Positions 15,704 through 28,236 of a stretch of DNA of 64,000 nt are shown piece by piece; within the stretch, counting starts at the first letter, position 1; every line of letters starts with the position of its first letter. The position numbers and the translations under genes were made by a program. The notes below the pieces were generated by a model. That model was not told the origin of the DNA. It was given only the letters and a program-made list of their open reading frames with translations, and did not search any database. The DNA comes from Phaeosaccion multiseriatum (taxonomy: Eukaryota > Protista > Ochrophyta, other classes): positions 5,208,001 through 5,272,000 of the forward strand of contig OZ218950.1 in the NCBI GenBank assembly GCA_965112735.1, given 5' to 3'.

Positions 15704-17241
15704 GAGACTGGAGAAGAGAGACTATGCGAGAAGTAACAGAGGAGAGAGAGAGACTCACGTCCAAGAGGAAAGGGGTCGAGAATAGGGGGAACATTGGAAC
15801 GCTCAACTGACCTGGCTGATGTCGTAGGTCGGCTTCCAGCCCTCCCCTTCGAACAGGGTCCTGGCCCAAATCCTCCTTTGTACGGCGTCCTCAGCGTCGT
15901 GCGGGCCGCGCAACTGCCGAACCTTTTCCAAGGCTTCTGCGTAGCGCTTTCGCTCCAGCTCCTTTTGTGCCTTGCGACCCAGCCAATTCAGGTACCGCGC
16001 GAGTCTGCGGCGTAAGCGGTGGCCCCGCCATACCCTTTGAATGTCTCGCGCTGCCCATGGCGCCACGTAGTTGTTGATGGCCGCGGTCACAAGCTTGCCC
16101 CCGACAAAGAGTACTATGCCTCGGTATCGCTCCATCGCCAAGGCCTCTTCACGCATCCGTGCCAAGTGGTCTACCATGCCTTTTCTGTAGGCGTCACGAG
16201 CTTCCTCCCAGAGGCCGTCACGCACTCGGCGGGCTCTTGCCTGACGGAAGAAGCACTGTATCCTCGTCGCGGCGTGGAAGCCGACGACTTCCCTACCATG
16301 CGGGGCGAGCCAGTACGCCGACCACCAAGCATCGCTCCAATTGACCACGGCGTCCCTGAGGCGCGTTGCTGCCAGTCCCTCCTTTGTCATCTTTTTCCTG
16401 TCTTCATGCTCCTCTTCCTCCTCTTCCTCTTCATCCCCCCCGCCGGGGTCCCTTTTCTGTTGTGAGAGAGCGTTAGGGGTGTTCCCGAGCCAAGTATTGA
16501 AATCAGTCCAACGACTTTCCCCTAGAAAGAAGGAAAGAGAGCATGAGGGACATACCCACTGAACCACTCACTCACTCACCCTCGAAAAGCCGAATTGAAT
16601 CCTCCGCTTTACGGCCCCAATGTCCACCTTCTTCTTTAGGCCTGCGAGAAAGCCCTCCTTCTTGGGCTGGCGAAGCAATATTCAATCACCCCATGTATAT
16701 GCAGGCAGCGATAGGAGGGGGAGGGAGACGTCAGGGGGCTCTATGGCTGGAACGCGTCCCCCTTTCCTCAGACTGAACATAAGCGTAGGCGATGGGCTTG
16801 GAAAGGTGGGCGCCCATCTCAATCCCACCTTCGCTCGGCCTCGTGGGCGAAGTAACTATCCACAGAGATACTAGCTCAACTTACCTTACCCTCACTCCCT
16901 TTCGGTGTGACTTGTTGGCTACTCCAGCCTCGTGGGCTCAACATCTTCAGCCCAAGAAGACCCGCCTTGAATATTTTCGCCTCTGAGCCAGGCCCCTTTC
17001 CTGCCACATCACTACCTTGGCCCCCCTCCTTCCCGGGATATGCCTCGGCGCCTCCCTGTCCCACTGCCGGAGCTTTATCTTCTCCTTCTTCACCTAATTC
17101 CTTCGTCTCTTGGCCCTCGCCCCCTACTCCTGCAGCCACTACTTGTGCTGTTTCCCCATCGGCTTCCTTTTCCTCTTGGTTCTCTCCCTCTACTCCAGCA
17201 GCAGCTAATACCTGTGCTGCCCGAACCCTCAGTCTCTTCAT
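15229..17241 (-). CDS. Hypothetical IQ-motif (calmodulin-binding) protein, multi-exon
   Basis: IQ motifs AATRIQCFFRQARARR and AARDIQRVWRGHRLRR in ORF 15803-16567, with flanking minus-strand ORFs 16876-17256 and 15229-15615. Ends are approximate. Confidence 0.65.
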
Positions 17242-17371
17242 CGCGAGACAGCACAAAGCTAATAAAGGGATATTGTAACGGGATTTCTGAAGTCAACATT
17301 AGAATAAGTCAACAAACCCCTCGCGCGGGCCGGGGCCACTCTTGCGAATCCGATGCGCTGTTGCGCCTGCC
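17242..17371. promoter_or_regulatory. Putative bidirectional promoter between the head-to-head IQ-motif gene and WDR83
   Basis: Only about 130 bp separate the inferred divergent ATGs (17241 minus, 17372 plus). Confidence 0.4.
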
Positions 17372-19444
17372 ATGGCCACTCGATGGAACGCGAAGGACAA
17401 CACGGGCGAGAGGATAGTACAGGGACCACATCCCCAACGCGTGAGCCGCTGGGACACCACCCAGCGTATCGCGTACCCTGCCATTGTGGACACTCCAGTA
17501 CTGCCCTCCCAGAGCAGGGGAGCGGAGGAGGAGAGCGGAGGAGGAGATGAAGGGTCGGGACTGGGCCGCCTCCGTGCCACTCGAGAGCTCCGCGATCAGA
17601 CAGGGGGAGCGAAGAGCAGGACTCCAGTTTTTGTCGTGCGGATGACTGGGGATGGGAAGTACTGCATGGTGGCGGGCCAGGATAGGACGGTCCGCCTTTG
17701 GAATCCTCACAGGTGGGTCAGGGACCGGCAGGAGGAGCAGCAGGAGCTCTCCAATGGGAAGTGAGGGGAGCAGTGTGAACTGAGCCTACCTTTTCGGACT
17801 TCAAATCCTCTGGAAAAGGTTGTCTTCCTCACCTCTCTTTGGTCCTGGGTTGTGTGTGCATCTACTTTCCGCAGGAATGACCCGGGATCAGAAGGCGTGG
17901 TTGCGGTGAGGAAGGGAGACACAACCGTGCTACCGCCAGGCTTGTTGGTCAAGAGCTACAGCGGCCCGCATGGGCACGAGATCCGAGACATTGCCATATC
18001 CCCGGACAATGCGAGGTTTGCGTCCGTAGGCGGAGATCGAACGGTGAGTAGGCTTGGACAACATCGAGTTCTTCCCTCACCCTCGCCTACTCTTCTTTCT
18101 CCTTCCCTAGGGCGCTCGCATGTCAAGACTCCTTGCTGCCTATCCTCTGGGTCCACTGCCAACTCCCTCCTTACGAACAGTTCCAGCACCACCGCCCCAC
18201 CAAGCCAAAAGGGGAAACAAAGCTGACCTCGCTGAACGCTCCCCTGTCCCTACTGCGTTACACTGTAGGCTTTCTACTGGGACGTCGCTACGAGCCGGGT
18301 CCTGCGCAGGCTGCAGGGCCACGAAGCCCGCGTGAACTGCTGCGTGCTTAATAAGGACGCCACCGTACTGCTCACGGGCTCTTACGATAAGAAAATCGTG
18401 GCGTGGGACTTACGCAGCAACAGTCACGCCCCCATTCAGGTACGGAATTCAACCAACGCTAAATCTTGACGAGGCGTTTCGTTGCCAGCAGAGATGCCAT
18501 AGACGACTTGACTTGCTAGCCCTTCCGCCGTGTCGTTGCCGGTGCCTCTCGTCCCGCCTTGCCCCACCCACCCCCCCAGACTCTCGAGGGCTGCCGGGAT
18601 AGCGTCACCTCCCTCGCAATGTCGTCGGCCGGGCACGAGATTGTGTGCGGCAGTGTGGACGGGTTTGTTCGCACCTTCGACCTTAGCTCCGGCCAGTGCC
18701 ACCAGGACAATGTACATCAACCTGTTACTTGCATTCGGTGCGTTACTGTGCGTGTTGTCTAATAAGTCACTGATTAATTTCCTCCAAAGAATGGCTACTT
18801 GCTAGTATACACAGTAAGTTGGTGCTTGTTTGGTATTGACTCTCCTTCCCCGCGCTCCGCTGCTGCATGTCTGTTGCTCCCCTCCTCTCCCTTCCGGTCT
18901 GCCTCAGCATGAGCAATGACGGAAACTGCGTACTAGCGAGCTGTATGGGCAGCGCGGCCAAGGCAGGCGGCGTGAAGAGGAAGGCAGGCTTCCTCACTTT
19001 GCTGGAGAAGGACTCCGGCTTAGAGCTTGGGCGCTACCGTGGGCACACTCACGTGGACTACACTATTGGGTGCTGCTTCAGCAACTCAGATGCCCATGTT
19101 CTTAGCGTGAGTGAAGCGACGCGACGTTCAGTGTGGCATGAGTGGTGCAGGTGGACATACATGATACCATCACTGCCCCATAACATGGACCAAACGAAAA
19201 GACAAAAAAGTCGTCACCTTTGCTGACTGAAACCCCTTCCCTTTTCCCTTTCCTTTTTGTCGCTCGCGCTCCTTTTTCGCAGGGCTCCGAAGACGGGCGG
19301 GTGGTGATCTGGGATCTGGTGGAGGAGCAAGTTGTGGGTACGCTCGAGCACCACAGGAAGGCGACCTGCTCCTTGGCCTTCCACCCCGAGAAGGATGTGG
19401 TGGTGTCAGGCTCCCATGACGGCAGCGCTGTCGTGTGGACGTGA
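17372..19444 (+). CDS. WDR83: WD40-repeat protein WDR83/MORG1 homolog, multi-exon
   Basis: GDGKYCMVAGQDRTVRLWNPH, YSGPHGHEIRDIAISPDNARFASVGGDR, LQGHEARVNC, EIVCGSVDGFVRTFDL, GRYRGHTHVDYTIGCCFSNSDAHVLSGSEDGRVVIWDLVE follow the MORG1 motif order. Confidence 0.88.
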
Positions 19445-19749
19445 GGGTGTGTGCCCGTGAGGACGTGAGATCTGTGCAGTCAGTGGCAGAACGATGTACT
19501 GGTGTGTGTGCAACCCGTCTGGAGCTCTGCAGCTCTGGAGCTCTTCTTGGATGCGTCGAGGCCAACCCTGTGCCATGTTGGACACGTACGTTCTTGGAAA
19601 GAAGGCAGCGTTAATATGGAGCCTGCCATCCACGACCATCCACGAGTCCGACATCCCGAAAGAGACGAGAGCGCAAGAGGCGACGTTGCGAAGAGTAGGA
19701 CTCTTAGGAGCAGCAGCACAAGCAGTCACGACAGAGCAGTAGCAGCAAT

Positions 19750-19780
<31 letters not shown>

Positions 19781-20779
19781 TGTAGCAGTTGTCACCACAG
19801 TGGCAGTTCTGCGAGACAGAGCAGTCGAGCAGCTCTGAGTGCGCAGAGGGCCCAAAGACTGTGGTGGTACGTACCAGGGAGGAGGAGCAGAGCCTTTGAG
19901 TGCGCTGGACCTCTCCTTGCGTGGATGCTACCCTCCTCTCCTTAAGTCCATCTGTGCGTGCGTGCACCCACCGCCGCAAGCTTCAACGACTGGACAGAGA
20001 TGGGTCGTCTTGACACAAGGACGAATGAGAGTGCAAGTCCTTCCGGCAGACGCAAGGTAGTCCACAGGGGAGATGAAGAGAGAGGGGACTGAGAGGGAGG
20101 CATCGCCCCTTAGACGGCAGTTGCCACCACACCTTGGGGACGCTATTACTTTTTTTTGTATCACGCAGAGACGGTTGAGTGTGAGCCACGACTCCGAGAA
20201 GAGCATCTTCATCTCTCTCCTGGACGACGATGAGGAGCGCCACTTCGAGACCTTTAGCGTCGCACTGAGTGTTGCTGGAGTTTCACAAGGATCATTAGCA
20301 TAGGAGCAACTAGGGAGCACATGGCCTAGGGCCCGGGGGTGGGGCATCACGAAAGTGCACGCTCCTTGTTTTATGGAAATATGCTACTGATCGCGCCCTT
20401 CATCCCTCTGAGTACCGAGGAAAGTGCAAAGGCCCTGCCCCGCAGTGTATGGCCTGTCAGTCCCTGGGTGAGGGCATTTCAGAGACTCAATAGAATATCC
20501 TTCATCGGCTCATCGGTGAGAGCCCCAAGAGGGGGCTTCTGGGACTGCTTCTCCCGGCCTTCTCACTTCCGCGCCTCTTCCCTTCCAAACCCTGATCTCC
20601 GACTCTTTTATCTGTTCAGTTTAACTTTACAACAAGCAGTTCGCTTCAAGCAAATAACTTGGGTTGTATACGCTTTTCATCACCCCTTGTCTCCGTGCCA
20701 AAGCGTTGCATCTGGCCTGGCTCGCGCTTGGTTCATACTCATAGCCCCACAGCCGCCTCATCTACCATCATTCCCTCCT

Positions 20780-23700
20780 CTACCATGAGCTGCCACCGCC
20801 TTCGGTCCCCCCCCCCCTCCCCCGCCCCCTGGCCGGGCCGGACCGGGTCGCAGGGCACTCCCTCCTCCTACAGCACAGGGCATCCCACTCGGCCGGAGCA
20901 GTGAGTGAGGGCTGAAGAGATGTGGAGCAGAGCGAGCGAGCGAGCGAAGCCCCACCCTCCTTCCTACATGATGCTGCACGACCCCTTGGATTTGGTGCCA
21001 GCAATGATGCTCTCCGTAGTGTATCCTGACGGCAGGACGCTCTTGTATGCCTCTAACATATCCTCAAGATATGTGTCCGCCTCGTTCAGCACTCCTACCG
21101 CCGCTGCGGGCTTCACGACGCTGGCCAAGTGTTGGTACGAACTCTGGAAGGAAGGAAGGAAGGAAGGAGGGAGGGCACGAAAGGGAGGGAGGGAGTGAGA
21201 AAGGATGGAGGGAGGAAGTGAGGAGGGAGGGAGGAAGGAGAAAGGAAGGGCGACAACACGCATCCAGACCCACGCACGCATACGCACGCACCTGCATAGC
21301 CTTGATCTGTGAAGGCAGCCCGGCCGATGCGTCCTTCCACTCCTTCTCATACATTGCGTGTACGCTCTTCAATCTCCGGTCCTGATCGGCCACAATCTCG
21401 CATGCTACCTCGGCATCCGCTGGCAGCTCTTCCCTGGTGACCACGAGGCAGGCAGTGGAGGCCCGTGCTGCGATCCGTCCTGCGTCGCTACTCTCCATCT
21501 TCTCAAGCGTTTCGGCAAGGAGGTGTGCTGCTGCGGCGAACTTCTTGGTAGCAGGGAGCGTGGCAGCCTCGGCAATCGTCTGCGTGGGATGGGAGGTTGC
21601 GGAGGAAGGAAGAGGGAGGGGAATGCACCCAAAGGCCGAGGAGGTCAGGGGAAAGAAAACAGAAAACAGAAAACAGGGACCTGGAGAGGGGTGGAAGGGC
21701 ATGGCAACTCTAGAGTACTTCGCCATGTTCATGCGGTCTCGCCCCCCCCCTCCCCCCTGCGCTTATCAGCCTGGCTGAGGGACCGACTTAGTCTTTCTTA
21801 CGAAATCTTACTTACCATCCTGGCGACGGAGTTTGGCTCCTGCTTGCCCAGCTCCTGGAGGGGGACGCTCGATTCTCGCAAACCCACAAGAGCAGCATTG
21901 CTCGCGTCCACTTCTGCCTTCACCATGGCCTTCCCCTCCTTGTCCTTGCTTTCTGACACCGTCTTCCTCAGCTTTGCTATCTTGGCAGACCAGCCCCTGT
22001 GGAGAGAGTGTCATGAGCAACAAGCCGGAGGGGTGGAGGGGTGAAGGGGGCGGGAATGGGTCAAGAGGCTCGCGAAGAGGGCTGAGCCTCGTCCATCTCC
22101 TGAAGGAGGGAGGCATGAGGAACAGCACGTGTCGCGCAGCGTGGCGGAGAGCGAGGCCGCCTTGAGAGACTTCTGCACTTCCCTACCTGTCTGGAAGGGA
22201 AGACATCCACATGCTTCCGTCGGTGGGGGCGTAGAGGGCCTCTCTGATGATGTCAAACACGGTTTCCCCGTCCGTCATTGCTGAGACCGAGATGGTCTTC
22301 CTTCCGTAGGCACGCCTCGCCTTTTTCACACTCGTCTGGGGAGTCGTCGCCGCGGCTCCATCCTCCTCGCTGCTCTCCTTTGGCGCAGGTCGTTTGGACG
22401 GTGCCTTGGGGGCCAGTGAAAGACAAAGAGAGAGAGAGAGAGAGAGAGAGAGAAGGAGGGGAATGTGTGTGTGTTTGTGGGAGGGGGGTGGGGTTGTTAT
22501 TGGCAACCGAATGACGAGGTCAGCTGTGTGGCGTAGCACCATCCCGTGCGCTTCTGGCGCAGACGACGGAAGGCCAAGGTCAAGGCCGAAGACAAAAGCT
22601 CACTCTTCGGCCGCTTCGTGTAGCATGGCGAAGCGAAGATCGGCCAAAGCGGATTGCTATTGTCAACACTCAAGTCCATCTGATGCAGGGACCCACCACC
22701 CACCTTCGCTTTGCTTGGCGACTTGTCAGCTGCCCCAGAGACCTTTCGCCTTGCTCCTCCCTTCTTCTGCAAAATTCAAGAGGTCAAATAAAACCGGGCG
22801 AGAGCAAAGGAGGGGGCGAGAAGAGTGGGTACAGAAACGGCGGTGAAAACGTACTTCCAAGGCAATCACAAGGCTTGCCTCTCGCAGGCTTTCCCTCTAG
22901 TTCCGTCTGCTTTCGCCCTTGTTTCGAATGCTCTCATCGGCGCATTGCACATGCATCCACGACGTTCGCCAATAATCTACACCCACCTCTGCGTCGCCAT
23001 TCGCCCCCGCATCACTGTCTCCAGCGGTAGAAGAAGGAGACGTATTTGAAGCGTACGCTGCCTTGTCTGCCTTGAGCTTCTTCTCAGCCCTGGCTGCCTT
23101 GTCCTTCTCGAGCTGTGCTGCCTTGTCCTTTGCCTCTTTCTCGGCTTTTGCTCCCTTCTTCTTCGCCTCTTCCTTAGCAGCGTCTTTGGGGGCTGCCTTG
23201 GCTGAGGCTGCTCCTTTGGCTGGAGGGGCCTTCGCCGGCTTGTCTGTGAAGAAGGCTGCAAACTCCTTGGCCGCCTCTCGAATCTTGTCCCTGGCCAGGG
23301 TGGCATGGTCGGCCGCGCTGATAATGTCCTCCTTCTTCTGCAGGGTTCGCAAGCGGTCACTGTTGGAAGAGCCCTGTGCAAAGGAGACTGCTCGCTTGCC
23401 CTCCTTGAAGCGGGCGACCTGAGGAGGGGGGGTAGGAGCAGGAGCAGGAGGAGGCGCACAAGAGGAGAGCGGTACAAAGGCAACGCAACGTCTCGCTCAG
23501 ATAGATTAGAGGGACGCCACAGTAAGCATAAAAGCAGGGACGAATGGGAAAAGACGACTGACTGGGCTTTAGCAAGAACACGCATTCTGTAACGCGCTGT
23601 TGTATATCTGGAGAGGCACCCCCCTCAAGCCCGCTTGCCTCGCCAACAGACTGAGCCAGTCCTCCTCCTTTAGTCCTCTCCTCTCTCTGACCACAGCCTG

Positions 23701-24670
23701 GTGCATGCACTCACCATCCGAGGCCAGATCATGACTTCTCCCTCTCCCCCAGGAGGACCCTCTTCCTTGGCCTTGTTGGGCTCCATCCGGAACACCCCAA
23801 CAAATATGGCGTCTTCGTTCTTGATGAGCCCCTGTAGCGTGTTCTCGTCTGAGGTGTTCCACAGAGCGACGCAGCCTCCCTTGCCACTGCGGACCACGAA
23901 AGGCGTTGGACAAACAGTAGACAGGCCGCCATCCGTGAGAAAAGCGTGCTCCTCTAGCTCTGGCAGATGCACAAACTGCCTTTCCTCTTTACCCACCTGT
24001 CCTCAGCGTCGACCGCTTTGCGGGCAGCCTTCTTGGGCGTGCCCTTCTTGCCGGAAGGGGTCATCTCCTCTCTGATCCTCGACAGGTTATCCATAGCCTC
24101 ATGCACGTTGCCCATTTGTGCGCTGAAGTCCTCCAAGACGTGCTGTGGTCAATTAGTCAAAGAGGGGGAGGGACAACGACATGAGACGGACACTCGAGGG
24201 GTCAAAGGCGACGATCCTTTCCAGCCTGCAGATCCGATGGGTGCAAGCATCACTTATACAGCAGTTGTACCTGTGCCATGAGGTCAGCCTCCTTGCCCTG
24301 TCGATGGATCTTCGTCCCGAACATGTGGATCATGACCCCTTCCGAGAATGTAAAACCAAAGGGCTTGGACTTTCCCGCGCCCTCTTCGTAGTTGAACACT
24401 GGGAGGGCGAGCGTGTAAAGCGTGTAACATGCGAGCGGGAGGAACTCGCCGTGAGACAAGGTGAGACAAGGCCGAGGAGCTGGGCCAGGGAAAGGGAGGT
24501 TGAAGCCCGTCAGCCTATGTAGAACTTCACTTACTGTAATGCATCCCGATGTCGAACAAACCCCCGTCATACTTGCGATACCCCACTCTCGTGGGCAAAG
24601 GTTTAGCATCTGATGCCGCCGCTGCTGCTCCTCCAGGCGCCATCTTGTCTCCTGTGGAAGGAGCCTCCAT
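20780..24670 (-). CDS. Hypothetical Lys/Ala/Glu-rich multi-exon protein (possibly two genes)
   Basis: Series of minus-strand ORF segments with splice-like borders, including a bridging exon KKGGARRKVSGAADKSPSKAK near 22700-22770. No recognisable domain; the 3' end is uncertain. Confidence 0.5.
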
Positions 24671-25276
24671 TTGGAATTTAACTCACCCCTTCTTCCGATC
24701 GCCCACCTACTGGGGCCATAGAGAAAAAGGGCACAGTGTAACAGCCGCAGCAGTAGTAGCAGCAGAAGGGGATAAGCTTGGCGAGCGGGGGACCAATCCT
24801 TCTTGCTGCCACCCCAGCCTCTGCCTTTGGGTGCTCTACTACCTACCCCCACTTTCAAAATCTTTCATTTGCCCCCGGCAAGAAAATCTGACCGCTGAAA
24901 CAAACACTGCGAGACACACTCAGGACGCAGACGTTAATTACCTCGCGAGGTTGCTCAACGAGTTGCTGCTGTCCAACGGTGCGCTGTTCTGTCCCTATCT
25001 TCTCCGTGCGGTGCTGGCTCAAGTGCTATGGCTCCTTTGCTGCTGCTACTTGCTGCTTGTTGTTGCTGGTGCCTTGGCGGCTGCAGTAAATGCGCTTCGA
25101 AAAATGGTTGCCGTGGCAGCTGCTAAGGTGGCTGCTTTGCTTTTGCTAAGTGTTTTAAATGGCCGGATGCCACTGCGGTGAATGGAAATCGATGGGTAGA
25201 AAAATCGACGATGTTTTTTAAAACTGAAACTGAAAACTAAACAGAGGCTAGACCGGCCTGTCGCCTCAGAACCTTG

Positions 25277-27263
25277 TCAGGGGCCGACCTTGCCATGTTG
25301 GGGTGCCTGCAGCCTTCCGATCTGCGCCCGCATTATCTGAGACTGAGCTTTAAGTTCGGCGAGTTCGGCTTCCAACGTTTCCAATTCATCCTGCCCGTTG
25401 CTCTTCTGACTGGGCGTCTGCGTGGCCTGCGAGAGTGGCCGCCCCCGTAATCCCTTCGAAAAAGTGTGCACTGGGCCCTGCTGCAAGAGGTTGCTCCCCG
25501 CCCCCGCATCTCCCTTCTTCCCTCCTCGCGAGTCCAAGGACTTTGCAAACAGGTCGCTGAAGCCCTTCCTACGCAACTCTTCGACCAGCCCCAAGGCCCG
25601 CTCGTGCTGATTCGTCAAGGTGCAAACTTGTATTGCGGCCATGTAGGTCTCTTTATTGGCCTCAACCTTGGCCTTGCGCATGCTTTCCATCGTCGAAAAC
25701 ACCTGTGTGTGCCCCCCAACGAACGAGGATGGGGAGCGTCAGTCAAGAGTGCCCAATGCCGGCCCTCCCATGCGAGCAGCAACAGCAGAGCGGACAGAGC
25801 ACACTTGCCGCAACTAACCTGCTGATGCGCCCCTGCGTCGGCGCACATTTTCACCACCTTATTATACGCGTGGACGTCCGGAGGGCAAGAGTCCCACTTC
25901 ATCTGTGACAGCACCTGGAGCGCGAGGGAGTACTTGCCAGCCAGAGAACACGCGTCCAGCACAGCGTTGTAGTCCCTGTCGGAGTGGAACAGCAAACAGC
26001 AGCGGACATAAGTTATTATGACAGAGTGTCATGCCGGTACAGCGACGCCTTGTGTTGGCTCGTATAGCGACGCCTGCCGTCGCATCATTCTCTTCTCACT
26101 CACCGTCTCTCAGGCCGCAAGTCGGTGCCGGACATCATCTGAAGCACCTCGAGCGCCTTCTCACACTCCCCCTGTTGCCCGTACGCCAGCATAATCGCGC
26201 GGTAGGTGCCTCCGTCGGGCTCGAAGCCGGCCCTGCGCATCTCCTCCAGCACTTGCACCACGAGCTCCACCTCCCCGCCCGCAGCGCACGTGTGCATGAC
26301 AACATTGTAGCACGCAAGGTCTGGGGCTTTCTTCATGGCTCGCAGAAGGTCCACAGCGGGTGCGTGTTGCTCTGCGTCTCGACAAGCCCGCAGAGCGTCC
26401 AGGTAGACCGCCAGTTCCGGCTCAAACCCATTCTCCTCCATGGTCTTGAGAAGAACCAACGCCTCGCTGTAGCTGCCCAATGCAGCAAGGCCCTTCATCG
26501 CGCTGGCGAAGCCCGAGTAGGTATTTTCCGTGGGCCGGCTGGTCTGCGCGACTGCACGCATATTGGCCACCTCGCGCGCCTCCTTCAGCGCCCGTACTTC
26601 TTCGCAGAGCTCGATGACAGAGAGGTAGGCCTCGTCAGAGGGCCGCAAGTGTGTGGAGTCCGTCATATGCCGCAGAAGTTTCAAAGCATTCTGCCATCTG
26701 CCCATTTGACAAAACGCCTCCAGGGCAGCTTCGTACACCGTCAGCGGCAGGTCGAGCCCACAACTTGTGGCCAGCAGAAAACAATTTTCTACGCGTTCCC
26801 ATCCCTGTCCACGTTCACCGAGGATCCGAAAAGACTCGATTAGCCCATCGTTCTCGATAGAAGAAGTCCCTGAAGGTACCGCCTCGGAAGATGGTAATGA
26901 TAACGATAGTCGTGGCAATGCCGAAGAAGGGAGAGAGGAGGGAGGGGGGTGGTGGAAGGAGGAGGGTGGGGAGGAGGAGGAGGAGGAGGAGGAGGAGAAG
27001 GAGGAGGAAGGAGGGGGAGAGAAGGGGGAGAAGGAGGGGATGGACGAGGAGGGCGAGAAGGAGGAGAAGGACGAGGAGGAGGACCAGGAGGACCAGGAGG
27101 AGGAGGAGGAGGAGGAGGAGGAGGAGGAGGAGGAGGAGGAGGAGGAGGAGGAGGACGAGCAAGAGGAAACCTCCGCCCCACCCCCCCGTCTCAGCAGGCT
27201 GCCAGCAGCAGAAGCATCCGCTGCAGAGTATCCTGCGCGCATGATCTGATACGAGCGCCGCAT
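25277..27263 (-). CDS. Pentatricopeptide repeat (PPR) protein with N-terminal poly-Ser/Pro low-complexity tract
   Basis: Tandem ~35-aa PPR motifs: VYEAALEAFCQMGRWQNALKLLRHM, CYNVVMHTCAAGGEVELVVQVLEEMRRAGFEPD, YNAVLDACSLAGKYSLALQVLSQMKWDSCPPDVHAYNKVV. Confidence 0.9.
26924..27168 (+). repeat. Purine-rich (GAG)n tract, encoding poly-Ser/Pro on the minus strand of the PPR gene
   Basis: Long GAG runs visible directly. Confidence 0.9.
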
Positions 27264-27797
27264 GGTCGAGGAAGCAAGAGGTCAGTGCGTTAGTAAGTAA
27301 ATTATAAAAAAAGAACACAGGCTCGCGAGTTGGTTATCCAGCCCCCCCCGGGCGCCTTATTTTCCCGTTGGCTTGGATTGAGCCTAACGTCCATTGGAAG
27401 GTAAGGATGGGAGCAGGGTGCAGCAGCGGGTAGCAGCGGCACCAAGCAGCATCGAAATCAACAGTAGGATACACCACACGCCTTATCTAGCGGCGGCGGC
27501 ACAGTCTGTCGACCTGGAGCGTATAAATCAAGCCTTGATCTTCACCCGTTACACGGATCGGATCCAGGTGAGCGCGGTCGGATTGGAGACGACAAAGTTC
27601 GGTAGCAGGCAGCAAAGCAGCACAGCGGGCGGGTGGTTGAGGAACTGTGCTACTGCTGTCGACGCCTTTTACGTGAGTCTGTCTCAATGGTTTGATCTAA
27701 TTTTTTTTTTTATCCTTACTCCCTCCGTGTCCACAAAAGGCAAGCGGGATTTTGACCAAGCCTCAGTGGTCTGGCATCTGCGGCAGCAGCGGCAGGC

Positions 27798-28236
27798 ATG
27801 CCGCGGTGGCCGTGGCTCACCATGCTGCTCTATGCGGTAGCATGGTGGGCCCTGCTGTCGGCCCCGGTAGTCTTGGCACAGGTGTGCGAAGACTTTACCG
27901 GTGAGGAGAATGGCGGCTACTGGGCGCAAGTGGCCAAGTGTGGCAGCTGCAATGAGGTCGACGGGTGCGGCTACTGCTTGTCGACGCTTCAGTGCCTCAA
28001 TGGGGATGCGCAAGGCCCTTTGGATGGGTCTCCTTGCCCCAACTGGGTGGTGTCAGGGGGGGCCTGCCCCGTTGTGCCAGTGTGCAGCGCTTATCCAGAC
28101 TGCTCAACGTGCGCCCAGGACGAGGATTGCGCCTGGTGCGCGTCGGAGGCACAGTGCATGACAATCTCTGAGATCTTCAGCACGGACTGCCGCGGCACTG
28201 TCTTCGATCTGCCTTGCCCTTCTTCGTACATCGGAG
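27798..28236 (+). other. Exon 1 of the giant gene: signal peptide plus two PSI-like (plexin/attractin-type) Cys-rich modules
   Basis: MPRWPWLTMLLYAVAWWALLSAPVVLA|QVC signal-like N-terminus; CGSCNEVDGCGYCLSTLQC and CSTCAQDEDCAWCASEAQC fit CxxCx5Cx[WY]Cx5C. Confidence 0.8.

Noticed and set aside
19445-20750. Possible additional gene between WDR83 and the downstream hypothetical gene
   Set aside because: Several overlapping 70-150-aa ORFs exist, but none has a recognisable motif or a coherent exon chain; this may be UTR or intergenic sequence.
26767-27318. Poly-Glu, poly-Gly, poly-Arg, poly-Leu and poly-Pro ORFs
   Set aside because: Alternative readings of the (GAG)n tract; only the frame continuous with the PPR motifs is supported.
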